From positions 1 through 50,213 of the forward strand of contig JBDKRC010000277.1 of assembly GCA_039683575.1 (NCBI GenBank): a DNA stretch of 50,213 nt, read 5' to 3'. Every line of letters begins with the position of its first letter. Position 1 is the stretch's first letter. The translations under genes were made by a program, and so were the position numbers. Shown piece after piece: positions 17,909-27,185 of this stretch. This DNA comes from Armatimonadia bacterium (GTDB lineage Bacteria; Armatimonadota; Zipacnadia; Zipacnadales; UBA11051). Below the pieces are notes generated by a model. It made no database searches and was not told where the DNA came from. It saw only the letters and a program-made list of their open reading frames with translations.

Positions 17909-18904
17909 ATGAGCAAGATTGGTTTCGGCGTAATTGGCTGTGGCCGTATCAGCGAGAGCCACCTGCAGGGGCTCTCCAAGCTCCCGGACGCACAATTGGT
18001 GGCCGCGGCGGACATCAACATCGAGTCAGCGCAGCGCCAGGCGGAGAAGTACGGAGCCTCAAAGTGGATGGCTGACTACCACGAGCTTCTGGCCATGCCG
18101 GAGGTCGAGGCCGTCATCGTGTGCGTGCCCACCTTCCTGCATGCCGATGTGGTCTGCGCAGCGGCAGCGGCGGGTAAGCACGTGCTGTGCGAAAAGCCCA
18201 TCGCCATGAAAATGGAGGACGCCGTCCGCATGACCGACGCGTGCGCGGCCGCAGACGTCCGCTTCGGCCTTGGCTTCGTCCGCCAGTTCTCGACCGAGTG
18301 GCTGAAGATGCGCGAGATCATCACCTCCGGGCGCATCGGGCGCCCGGTCCTCTGGCGTCACGCCTGCGCCATCCGCGTTCCATTCCTGCGCTGGTTTGTG
18401 GACCGGGAGAAGGGCGGCGGCCCCTTCATTGACGGCCTGATTCACGATTACGACTTCGCCCTGTCGACCTTTGGCGACGCCGAGTGGGCGATGGGCAGCC
18501 TGATGACCTTCAGCGAGCACTCCACCGCTCTCGACACCGGCAGCGCCATCGTCCATTTCAAGTCCGGCGATGAGATCGTGCGCAGTTGGTCGTGGGGCCT
18601 CCCTGGCCCGAGCTGCAATTCCGCCGCCTGGCAGGATGTCATCGGCCCGGGCGGGGCCATTCGCTTCCCCAAGGCCGACGAAGGCGCCAACCTGTTCGTC
18701 ATCAATGGTGACGGCAGCGAAGAAGCCGTGCCCTACGAGCCCGCCGGTGGCCAGGAGTGGTTTGACCGCCAGATCGCTCACTTTGTGGACTGTGTGAAGG
18801 AAGGCAAAGAGCCTCTGGCCACAGGCGCGCACGGCATCAAGGCCCTGGAGATCGCCCTGGCGGTCCTGCAGGCAGGGGAGACCCACCAACTGGTCACGAT
18901 CTAG
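17909..18904 (+). CDS. Gfo/Idh/MocA family oxidoreductase
   Basis: GVIGCGRI, GKHVLCEKP, GGGPFIDGLIHDYD. Confidence 0.92.
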   Translation: MSKIGFGVIGCGRISESHLQGLSKLPDAQLVAAADINIESAQRQAEKYGASKWMADYHELLAMPEVEAVIVCVPTFLHADVVCAAAAAGKHVLCEKPIAMKMEDAVRMTDACAAADVRFGLGFVRQFSTEWLKMREIITSGRIGRPVLWRHACAIRVPFLRWFVDREKGGGPFIDGLIHDYDFALSTFGDAEWAMGSLMTFSEHSTALDTGSAIVHFKSGDEIVRSWSWGLPGPSCNSAAWQDVIGPGGAIRFPKADEGANLFVINGDGSEEAVPYEPAGGQEWFDRQIAHFVDCVKEGKEPLATGAHGIKALEIALAVLQAGETHQLVTI

Positions 18905-18945
18905 CGCTGGCCAGTGTCCCTGATTTCAGAAAGAAGACACCTGAC

Positions 18946-19842
18946 ATGCCATTCGACTTCGATCTCGCCCGGTTCATCCCGTTCCGTGATCAGGAAGCCT
19001 GCGCGCGAGTGCGGGCCATCCGCCGGGAGGACCTCACAAACCACCCCAATCCTGAGTTCCGCGTTCGCGTGATTGAGGAGGCGGATGACTTCTTCCTCGC
19101 CTTTGCGCTGGACATGATCCAGCGCATCAAGGCCGCTGCCGAGGAGGGCCGCCCCTTTGTGGCGATTCTGCCCTGTGGTCCCATGGCGCAGTATGACAAG
19201 GCCGCCGCGATCATCAATGAGCTGCGCCTCCCCATGGGGCATGTCCATACCTTCAACATGGACGAGTTCGCCGACCAGGACGGCAATTCGGCTCCAGCCG
19301 ACTGGAAGGGCTCCTTCCAGTACGCCATGTGGAACCGCTTCTTCTCGAAGATTGATGAAGACCTCCGCCCGCCGGTTGAGCAGATTCACTTCCCCTCCTC
19401 CGCCAACATTGCCGGCTATGGCCGGCAGATTGCAGATCTGGGCGGGGCCGAAGTCTGCTACGGAGGCATCGGCTGGTGCGGTCATGTCGCCTTCTGGGAA
19501 GCCCATCTTGGCGATGAGTTTGCGAGCCTCGACGAGTTCTGTCAGGCTTCGGGACGCGTGGTCGAACTGCATCCCATGACCATCATGCAGACGGCTCTGC
19601 ATCATGGTGGCGACTGGTCAGCCGTGCCACCAAAGGCCGTCACCATAGGCCCGGCGGAGATTCTCGCCTGCAGACTCCGCTCGTTCTGGCTGAATGTGAA
19701 CCTTGCCGGGGTGAGTTGGCAGCGTTTCATCGGGCGCCTCGTCGCCTTCGGACCCGTCAATCAGTGGGTACCCGGCAGCATCCTCCAGCTTGCCCCCACC
19801 GACTACACGCTTGTCGGCGCTGTTGCTGAAAACCTCGAGTAA
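18946..19842 (+). CDS. NagB/glucosamine-6-phosphate deaminase-isomerase-like protein
   Basis: ILPCGP, FNMDEF, SF.YAM, YGGIGWCGHVAFWE, VPPKAVTIG, VPGSILQ. Confidence 0.8.
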   Translation: MPFDFDLARFIPFRDQEACARVRAIRREDLTNHPNPEFRVRVIEEADDFFLAFALDMIQRIKAAAEEGRPFVAILPCGPMAQYDKAAAIINELRLPMGHVHTFNMDEFADQDGNSAPADWKGSFQYAMWNRFFSKIDEDLRPPVEQIHFPSSANIAGYGRQIADLGGAEVCYGGIGWCGHVAFWEAHLGDEFASLDEFCQASGRVVELHPMTIMQTALHHGGDWSAVPPKAVTIGPAEILACRLRSFWLNVNLAGVSWQRFIGRLVAFGPVNQWVPGSILQLAPTDYTLVGAVAENLE

Positions 19843-19895
19843 TCTCAACTGCGTGGCGTGACCTAAGCGCCATTTCACAGAGGGAGAATAGGGCT

Positions 19896-20912
19896 ATGAA
19901 CGGCAGCACCATCAGAATTGGTATCATCGGTTGCGGTATGATTACCCAGCGCAGTCATGCCCCCAGCTACGCCGCGATTCCGAACGTGGCGATCACTGCA
20001 CTCTGCGACCTGCTTCCCGAGCGAATGGCCAAAGTGCGCGACGAACATGCGCCCGACGCGGCGCTGTTCACCGACTACCACGAACTGCTGCAATCCGGGC
20101 TTGTGGATGCAGTCTCCGTCGCCACGCCCGTCTACCTGCACTGCCCCATGACGCTGGCGGCGCTGCAGGCAGGCTGTCACGTCCTGTGCGAGAAGCCTAT
20201 GGGCATGTCGCAGGTCGAGACGGCCCAGATGGTGGCGGCCGCCAAAGCCGCCGGCAAAGTCCTCCAGATCAACCTCTCCCGCCGCTATGACTCCTTCTAC
20301 CAGACCGTCGCCCGGCTTGTCGCCGAAGGCCGTACCGGGCAGCCGCGCCACCTCCGTGCCATCCGCGTGCATACCACCGCCCCCGACCAGGGCTGGTCGC
20401 CGGGCGCGGCGTGGTTCGTCACCCGCAGTCAGGGCGGGGGCATCGTGGGCGATATCGGGGTGCACGTAGGCGACATGATGCAGTGGTTCTTTGGCGAGGT
20501 GGAGAGCATCAGCGCGCTCACCTGCACGCGCCGCCCGGACATCGACGTAGTGGACAACGCCACCGCGCTCTTCCGCTTCAGCAACGGGGCAACCGGCGTC
20601 CTCGAGCTAAGCTGGACCAGTCCCGTCAACCACATGAGCTTCGAGATCCACGGCAGCGAGGGCGTGCTGCAGGCCGGGGCCCCCGGCGACGGGCTGCAGA
20701 TTCGGACTCGCGATGGCGAGACCGTCACGATCCCTCCCGAACAGTTTGACCCCAAGGGCAACAACAGTTTCCAGTGCTTTGCCGAAGCAGTGGCGGGCGT
20801 GGAGCCCACGCCTGTTCCCGGCGAGACTGGCCACGCCATCCAACTGGTGCTCGACGCCATCCTGGCCTCGGGCGCACAGGGCGGGGCGCCGGTTCGGGTT
20901 GGGGGGGCATAG
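19896..20912 (+). CDS. Gfo/Idh/MocA family oxidoreductase
   Basis: GIIGCG.I, DAVSVATP..LH, HVLCEKP, GGGIVGDIGVHVGD, EIHGSEG. Confidence 0.92.
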   Translation: MNGSTIRIGIIGCGMITQRSHAPSYAAIPNVAITALCDLLPERMAKVRDEHAPDAALFTDYHELLQSGLVDAVSVATPVYLHCPMTLAALQAGCHVLCEKPMGMSQVETAQMVAAAKAAGKVLQINLSRRYDSFYQTVARLVAEGRTGQPRHLRAIRVHTTAPDQGWSPGAAWFVTRSQGGGIVGDIGVHVGDMMQWFFGEVESISALTCTRRPDIDVVDNATALFRFSNGATGVLELSWTSPVNHMSFEIHGSEGVLQAGAPGDGLQIRTRDGETVTIPPEQFDPKGNNSFQCFAEAVAGVEPTPVPGETGHAIQLVLDAILASGAQGGAPVRVGGA

Positions 20913-20980
20913 CAGAGCTTCAGGGCCTTCGCGGCCTGAACGATAGCTCTCTATCAGGAGCATACCAAACAGGTGGTACC

Positions 20981-22732
20981 ATGGCAGCAGGTAATCGGAC
21001 CGCACTTGTAATCCTTGACAGCCGCAAAGGCGCCGAACGGCGTAGCGCCGATCTTACCGTCTTCGCGGCCCTCGATCATTTCGGGGTGGCCTGGGAGGTC
21101 CTCGATGGCGGGGACTACATGGGTACGATCCCGGCGTACATAGCGCCCCGCGCGCTGTATATCGTTGCGCATGATGGCGCGGCGGAGTGGCTCAAGCCGG
21201 AGACGGCCCAGCAGATCGCTGATGCCATCGGCAGCGGTGCCGGGCTCGTCAGCTTCGACCGCCAGGTCCAGCAATGGCCGGCAGCACTGCGCGCCCTCCT
21301 GCCCGCAGACCTTGGCGAGACGCGCACAGGCGCCCTGCGCTTCGCCAATGACGCGTCCTTCATCACTTTCGGTCACAAAGCCGGAGAGGAACTGGAGCTA
21401 GGTGAGGAGATCGCCGCCCTCGCTCTGCCCACGGCTGAGGGTTGGGAGCCGCTGTTGACTGACGCAAAGGGGCAGGCCCTGGTGGCCTCGCGGTTGGCAG
21501 CACAGGGCCGTGTGGTGCTCTTCGGCACCGGGGAGCAGCTTTGGGCCGAGGGTGTCTACGGCCACGTGCGTGGCATTGACGGCCTGATGTGGCGCTCTCT
21601 GGTCTGGGCCGCCGCCAAGCCCTTCCCGATGCGCTGCATCCCGCCCTTTGTCACGGCGCGCATGGACGACTGCAACGGCACGTACAACGCCTTTGACTAT
21701 GTCAAAGTCATGAACCGCTATGGCATCGGCCCGAATCTGGGGCTCTTCATAGACGAGATGGGGCCGACGGACTGGGCTGCGGCCAGGCGCCTCTATGACG
21801 CAGGTGGCGCGGACTTCTCCATGCACGCCTTTCGTGATGACTTCTACATGTCTCGACCGGACTACAAGCCCTACGCGGTCCTCGCCGACAAGCCGGACCT
21901 GTCAGATGGCGGCAAGGAAACGCTGTTCGAGGGGCTGTCGCTCGACCACTACACCGGCCTCGACCTGCCGCTGGAGACCATTCAACGCAATTTCAGGCGC
22001 ATGGACGACGCCTTCGCAAAGGCTGGCATCCGCCACAGTCGCGTGCTCAATGCGCACTTTGGCGAAGTCGGCTGGCCGGCCGTGCCGCTCTTTTTGGAGC
22101 GCGGGGTGGACATGCCCTGCAACAACTCCGCCCTTGGCCAGCTTTACAGCAACCAGCCGGTCTGGCGTCCGCGCCCCTATCCGATCCGCGGGGCTACCGG
22201 TCGCCACGGCCTGACCATTGATCGCTGTCCCCAGCATCCTGGAATGACCATCGTCGCCATGAACGTGTCGCATGCGGGCAAGACGCACATGACCATAGAC
22301 ATTCTCAGCGGTCGTGTGCCCTTCATCGGGGAATCTGAGACCCCGAAGCTGGCCGAAGCCGCACAGGCCGGGGCAGACAACATCAAGTTGGGCGTCGATG
22401 CCCTGGCCTGGGGGCTGCTGTTCACCCACGAGGAGCGCATCAACGCCATCAGCCTCGAGGACTGGGAGACTGTGGTGAACTCGATTGTCGGCCAGCTTGA
22501 TGGCTGGGATGTGCAATACGCCGAGCGCGAGTATGTCGGCACCATCTGCAAGCGCCTGTTTGACTCCCGGCTCGTCAGGGCCAACCTGACGGAGCAGGGC
22601 CTGCACTGTGAGCTGTGCGGGCAGACGGACGGCCCCTCACCGCTGACGGTGTGGGGAAATGACGGCAATGGCTGCGTGCGCCGTGTGATCGACGTTGATC
22701 CGATAAGCGGCTATGCCGCCCTGACGATATAA
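20981..22732 (+). CDS. Hypothetical two-domain protein: GATase1/ThuA-like N-terminus plus NodB/CE4-like deacetylase fold
   Basis: Long ORF inside the operon. The N-terminal half ends GRVVLFG...LMWRSLVWAA; the C-terminal half has ARMDD, SMHAF, NAHFG and FTHE. The fold call is inference. Confidence 0.55.
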   Translation: MAAGNRTALVILDSRKGAERRSADLTVFAALDHFGVAWEVLDGGDYMGTIPAYIAPRALYIVAHDGAAEWLKPETAQQIADAIGSGAGLVSFDRQVQQWPAALRALLPADLGETRTGALRFANDASFITFGHKAGEELELGEEIAALALPTAEGWEPLLTDAKGQALVASRLAAQGRVVLFGTGEQLWAEGVYGHVRGIDGLMWRSLVWAAAKPFPMRCIPPFVTARMDDCNGTYNAFDYVKVMNRYGIGPNLGLFIDEMGPTDWAAARRLYDAGGADFSMHAFRDDFYMSRPDYKPYAVLADKPDLSDGGKETLFEGLSLDHYTGLDLPLETIQRNFRRMDDAFAKAGIRHSRVLNAHFGEVGWPAVPLFLERGVDMPCNNSALGQLYSNQPVWRPRPYPIRGATGRHGLTIDRCPQHPGMTIVAMNVSHAGKTHMTIDILSGRVPFIGESETPKLAEAAQAGADNIKLGVDALAWGLLFTHEERINAISLEDWETVVNSIVGQLDGWDVQYAEREYVGTICKRLFDSRLVRANLTEQGLHCELCGQTDGPSPLTVWGNDGNGCVRRVIDVDPISGYAALTI

Positions 22733-22810
22733 GAGCACCACACTGGCAAGGACTCGAAAGCTGGTCTCTGACAGGCCCTCACATTCATACAGAAACGAGG
22801 CAGACGTGAT

Positions 22811-24265
22811 ATGAGCACCAAAATCCAGGTCGGTTGGTCACAGAGAGACATCACGCCGAAGGGCGCGGTCTCCCTGCGCGGGCAGTTCAACCTGCGCATC
22901 GCCACGCGGGTCCAGGATCCGCTCACAATGTCGGCTCTGGCTCTGCAGAGCGGCGACGAACACGCCGTCATCGTCTCCATGGATTCCTGCGCCGTAGATA
23001 TGGAAGTCCTCACCGGCGCACGGGAGGCACTGGCCGAACGCCTTCCTGAACTCGATCCGCACAAACTCATCGTCAGCGCCACTCACACCCACACAGCGCC
23101 GTTTGGCGGCGGGGTAGGCTGGCAGAAGGATGAGGACTACCAGGACGCGATCAAGGCGCGATACCCCGACTATATGCCAATAGCCGACTACAGCGCGCTG
23201 CTGACCGAAGCGCTCGTGGCTGTCGTCTGCGAGGCTTGGGAGCGGCGCACGGAGGGGTATCTGGGTTGGGGATATTCACACGCCGTGATCGGCGAGAACC
23301 GCCGGGTGCGGTACTTCGACGACAGCGCGAAGATGTACGGTAGCACGAGCGTGCCCGAGTTCTCCCACATCGAGGGCCACGTAGACCATAGCGTGAACTT
23401 GCTGTTCACCTACGACGCCAGTCAGAAGCTGACCGGGGTGCTGGTGAACCTCGCCTGCCCCTCGCAGGCCAGTGAAAGCGGGCAGGACTTTGTCTCGGCG
23501 GACTACTGGCATGATACGCGAGAGGAACTGCGCCGGCGCTATGGCAGCGACCTGTTTGTCCTGCCACAGTGCTCGGCTGCAGGAGACCAGAGCCCGCACC
23601 GGCTGATTGCCAAGGCGGCCGAGGACCGCATGTTGCAGCTCAAGTACGGCGGCGGCGTCGGCCGTCCCCTCAATGCCGCCCTGCGCACCGACATCGCTCT
23701 CCGCCTTGCCGCCGCGGTAGACGATGCCGAACCCGCCGCCCGCAAGGACCTCCACAACGAGGCTATCGTCAAGCACGAGAGCCGCACGCTCGATTTGGAG
23801 CATTGGAAGGTGACTGACGCGGAATACGCCACGCTCAAGGAGCAGATCACCGACGCCGAGAAGCAACTGGCCGAACTTGGCGACGACACTGACGTCCTGA
23901 GCAGCCAGTACACGTCCTTGCGCTCCCACATCGCGTGGTGCCAGCGCGCCGTGGACCGCTACGAGAACCCGGTTGCCACCTTGCCGAGCGAGATGAACGT
24001 CCTGCGGCTGGGCGGCATCGCCTTCGTCACCGCGCCGTTCGAGTACTATCTGGACTATGGCGACCGGATCAAGGGCCGCTCCCCGGCACTGCAGACCTTC
24101 ATCGTGCAGCTAACGGCCGGCGGCTCGTATCTCGCCACCGACCGCGCCGCTCAGGGCCTCAGCTACGGCGCCGTCCCCGCAAGCTGCCGGGTATCGCCCA
24201 CCGGAGGGCAGCAGCTTGTGGATGCGGCAGTGAGCACCCTTCAGGGCATGTTCGCCTCCGAGTAA
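22811..24265 (+). CDS. Neutral/alkaline ceramidase-like metallo-amidohydrolase
   Basis: VGWSQRDITP, DPL.M.ALAL, SATHTHTAP, NRR, NLACP, SADY, AAGDQ, PFEYY..YG..IK.RSP. Confidence 0.8.
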   Translation: MSTKIQVGWSQRDITPKGAVSLRGQFNLRIATRVQDPLTMSALALQSGDEHAVIVSMDSCAVDMEVLTGAREALAERLPELDPHKLIVSATHTHTAPFGGGVGWQKDEDYQDAIKARYPDYMPIADYSALLTEALVAVVCEAWERRTEGYLGWGYSHAVIGENRRVRYFDDSAKMYGSTSVPEFSHIEGHVDHSVNLLFTYDASQKLTGVLVNLACPSQASESGQDFVSADYWHDTREELRRRYGSDLFVLPQCSAAGDQSPHRLIAKAAEDRMLQLKYGGGVGRPLNAALRTDIALRLAAAVDDAEPAARKDLHNEAIVKHESRTLDLEHWKVTDAEYATLKEQITDAEKQLAELGDDTDVLSSQYTSLRSHIAWCQRAVDRYENPVATLPSEMNVLRLGGIAFVTAPFEYYLDYGDRIKGRSPALQTFIVQLTAGGSYLATDRAAQGLSYGAVPASCRVSPTGGQQLVDAAVSTLQGMFASE

Positions 24266-24268
24266 CTC

Positions 24269-25747
24269 TCAGTCCATGTCAAGTGGCCAGATCGGGTGCC
24301 GCAGATTGTGGTACTCGTATCTGGCCACATCCGGATTGTGTATCCCTGGCGTATCCAAATCGAAGATGCGCTTGGCCAGCGGTCCATAGTGCGCCCGGAA
24401 GTGCACAGCCGATTTCAGCCCTATCAGCAGCCTCTCGGTGGGTTCGATCCCCAGAGAACGCAGCGCCTGCGCGTCATAGGGCTGCACCCGCCGCTCAGTA
24501 AGCACTATCTCCACTTCGCCGACCACGAACACCGCCGTCCGCCCCATCGCCACCGGCAGCCCTGTGAACATCGGCCCCTCGTTGACGTAGTTGCCATCAG
24601 ACAGCAGCGCCACGGTGCCCGTGAGCGTCAGCGGCGCCCCATGCCGGTCATCCGTCTTGCCACCGATGGTCAAAGTGGCCTGATTGCCGGTGCCGGCGTC
24701 CCAGGCCGCGGCGACGGCCTCCGGGTCGGCGATGATTGCCACCGTTGAGCGCGGAACCTGCGCCTCGATAAGCGCCTGCAGCATCACAGTCCCGTCACAC
24801 GGCGCCCCGCCGCCGGGATTGTCCGAGCCATCTGCCAGGATGACGGGGCCGCCATTCTTCAGAGCCCAATCAATGGCTTCCGACAGCGGCGTCAGCCGCA
24901 GCCGGAAGTCTTCCCTCCGCCCCCAGACCTCCGCCGCCAGTTCCTTTGCTGTCTTGGCTGCCAGCGCCTCATCGCCGTCGGCGGTCACCACCATGGCAGC
25001 GCCCGTGCAGGCTGCATCGGCGAAGGGGAAGCCACCTGCGAAAGTGATGCAGATGATGCCAGGTTGTTGCTCGCGCTCGTGTACCAGCGCCATCAGGTCC
25101 TGCATGGGCGATAGGAGCGTACACTGGCGAGGCGGGCCCATCAGCATCGGGATCTGCGACAGGGCGCTCACAGGATGCGTGCGGCCATTGCAGGCGTCGC
25201 TGATGACCTGCAACGCCTCCTGACCGCGCTCAAAGCTATCCACATGGGGATACGTGTCGTAGCCGATCAGGGACGTGGCATGCTTCACCATCTCAGGGCT
25301 GATGTTGGCATGCAGGTCAAGTGTTGACACAATCGGCAGAGCAGGCCCCACAACCTCCCGCACGCGGCGGAGCACTTCCCCCTCAGCGTCCGAGTAGTCC
25401 TCGGTCACCATGGCCCCGTGCAATTCAAGCAGGACGCCGTCAACCGGCCCCGCCTCCTCCAGGAGCTTGAGCAGCTTGCCCACAATGGTCTCAAAGGCCG
25501 ATTGCTCGATGATGCCGGAGGGCTGGGGGAAGGTCCACAGCAGCGGCACCAGCTCAATATCCGGCGCGGCCTCGGCTGCGGCGATGAACCCGCCGCTGCA
25601 GACGGATGTGCCTCGAAGTATGCGAAGCATCTCCTCGCCAACCATGAGGCCGGGGAAGCCTCCGGAGCGCTCAAAGTCGGCCAGCGTCGTCAGTCCGTCG
25701 GCGAAAGTGTTGGTTTCATGCAGAAATCCAGCTATAGCGATACGCAT
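24269..25747 (-). CDS. M81 family metallopeptidase (MlrC-like)
   Basis: HETNTF, LHGAMV, DAEG, LDLHAN, YDTYPHVD, DNPGGG, KSAVHFRA. Confidence 0.93.
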   Translation of the reverse strand: MRIAIAGFLHETNTFADGLTTLADFERSGGFPGLMVGEEMLRILRGTSVCSGGFIAAAEAAPDIELVPLLWTFPQPSGIIEQSAFETIVGKLLKLLEEAGPVDGVLLELHGAMVTEDYSDAEGEVLRRVREVVGPALPIVSTLDLHANISPEMVKHATSLIGYDTYPHVDSFERGQEALQVISDACNGRTHPVSALSQIPMLMGPPRQCTLLSPMQDLMALVHEREQQPGIICITFAGGFPFADAACTGAAMVVTADGDEALAAKTAKELAAEVWGRREDFRLRLTPLSEAIDWALKNGGPVILADGSDNPGGGAPCDGTVMLQALIEAQVPRSTVAIIADPEAVAAAWDAGTGNQATLTIGGKTDDRHGAPLTLTGTVALLSDGNYVNEGPMFTGLPVAMGRTAVFVVGEVEIVLTERRVQPYDAQALRSLGIEPTERLLIGLKSAVHFRAHYGPLAKRIFDLDTPGIHNPDVARYEYHNLRHPIWPLDMD

Positions 25748-25807
25748 GGGTGATCCTTTCGGCTGTCTCTGTCACTCGTTACTCGGTTGGTGTCACGTCT
25801 CTCTCAC

Positions 25808-26794
25808 TTACCGCAGGCGAACCTTCAGGCCGACGCCAGCAGCCTTGGCCCTTTGGTAGACCTGTCCGGCCACGTACACATCGTGTGCTCCCAAGCCTAC
25901 CAGCACCGCCATGATGCGCTCCTTAGGGCTGGTGCGGCCGGGCTTCAGGCCAGCCGCAATGTCGCCCAGTTCGGCTGCGATGCTGCCTTCCGCGATCTGC
26001 CCGGCCCCCACCAGTGGCTTGAGTTCGCCCCGATGCTCGGCCTGTCCCCAGCAATCCACTATGATCTTGTCTGAATTCAGGATAGCTTGGTCTTCCGTCT
26101 GCTGGTATGAGCCCATGGCCAGCGTCAGGCATCCCTCAGTGATCCACTCCGCCTTGACGAACGGCTCATGCGCTGTCGTGAGCAGCACCACGACGTCCGC
26201 GTCAGATACCGCCTCCTCGACCGTTGCGGCGCTGCTGACGGGAACGCTGTACTTCTCCTGCATCTCGGTGCAGAACGCCAGTCGCCGCTCTTCGGATATG
26301 TCCGCGACGGCGAGCCGCGCCGCAGGAAACACCTCATGCAAGCAAGTCGCTGCCGTCTTCCCTTGCGCCCCGGCGCCGATCAGGGCGATCTTCTCAGTGC
26401 CTTCCCGGGCCAGGTACTTCGCGGCGATAGCGGCTGAGGCTCCGGTTCGCCAGTCCGAGATGTAGATCCCATCCATCAGCGCCAACGTCTCCCCGGTCTC
26501 CGGGTCCGTCAGTACGACAATGCCCATGATGTAGGGCAACCCCTTGGCGGGATTGCTCCCATAGCCTCCAACCCACTTCAAACCGCCCACGTTGCAGGAG
26601 GGAAGGTAGGCGGGCATGGCATTCGCCCATGACGCATGGCCGCTGCGCGACATGTCGAGGTTGACCTTGGGCGGCATGACCACGTTGCCGTTGCCCCACT
26701 CCTGGAACACCGTATCCACCATGCCGATGACTTCCCGGTGCGGCAAAAGCGCGGCTACGTCCTGATCTGACAGAATACGAGTCTCTGTATTCAC
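25808..26794 (-). CDS. Ornithine cyclodeaminase/mu-crystallin family protein (imine reductase/alanine dehydrogenase-like)
   Basis: NAMPAY, GLKWV....NP.KGLP, RTGASAA, IGAGAQG, GLGAHD. GTG start with GAGGA RBS. Confidence 0.92.
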   Translation of the reverse strand: MNTETRILSDQDVAALLPHREVIGMVDTVFQEWGNGNVVMPPKVNLDMSRSGHASWANAMPAYLPSCNVGGLKWVGGYGSNPAKGLPYIMGIVVLTDPETGETLALMDGIYISDWRTGASAAIAAKYLAREGTEKIALIGAGAQGKTAATCLHEVFPAARLAVADISEERRLAFCTEMQEKYSVPVSSAATVEEAVSDADVVVLLTTAHEPFVKAEWITEGCLTLAMGSYQQTEDQAILNSDKIIVDCWGQAEHRGELKPLVGAGQIAEGSIAAELGDIAAGLKPGRTSPKERIMAVLVGLGAHDVYVAGQVYQRAKAAGVGLKVRLR

Positions 26795-27185
26795 GGCGAT
26801 TCCTCATTCAAGCTTCATCATGGTGCCTGTGCGGTAGTCCCGCGCACGATTGTCTTTGCGACATCCGGACCACCATCACCTCCCCGGCGTAGGCCTTGCT
26901 CCCCGGATAGGCACGACGCCTGCAGCGCCCTAAGATCGTTATATTGAGCCAAATGGGCCCCTCCCCCTACTCGATGCGTCTGCGTCCACTAGAGCGCCGT
27001 AAGAACCCCGTAGTGCGGCATTCCGTCAGAGGGGCGGAGGTCGCGAGCCAAGGAGGCAGGACGGCGGTCAGGGAGTCGAGACGCTCGAACGATTGATCAA
27101 ATGGCACGCCGGGGAGGATGAGCAGGCTGAAAGGAGAAGTCAGTCCTTAGCCACAGTACTCGCCTGGTCTAGGAGCAAGCATCAC

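Noticed and set aside
20913-20950. Intergenic hairpin AGAGCTTCAGGGCC-TTCGC-GGCCTGAA...GCTCT as a terminator
   Set aside because: Imperfect stem with no U-tract, lying inside an apparent operon; at most an mRNA stability element.
26800-27185. Riboswitch or ncRNA in the long divergent intergenic region
   Set aside because: Only a short hairpin (GGCT..AAGGA/TCCTT.AGCC) was seen and no recognisable Rfam consensus; an Infernal scan would be needed.
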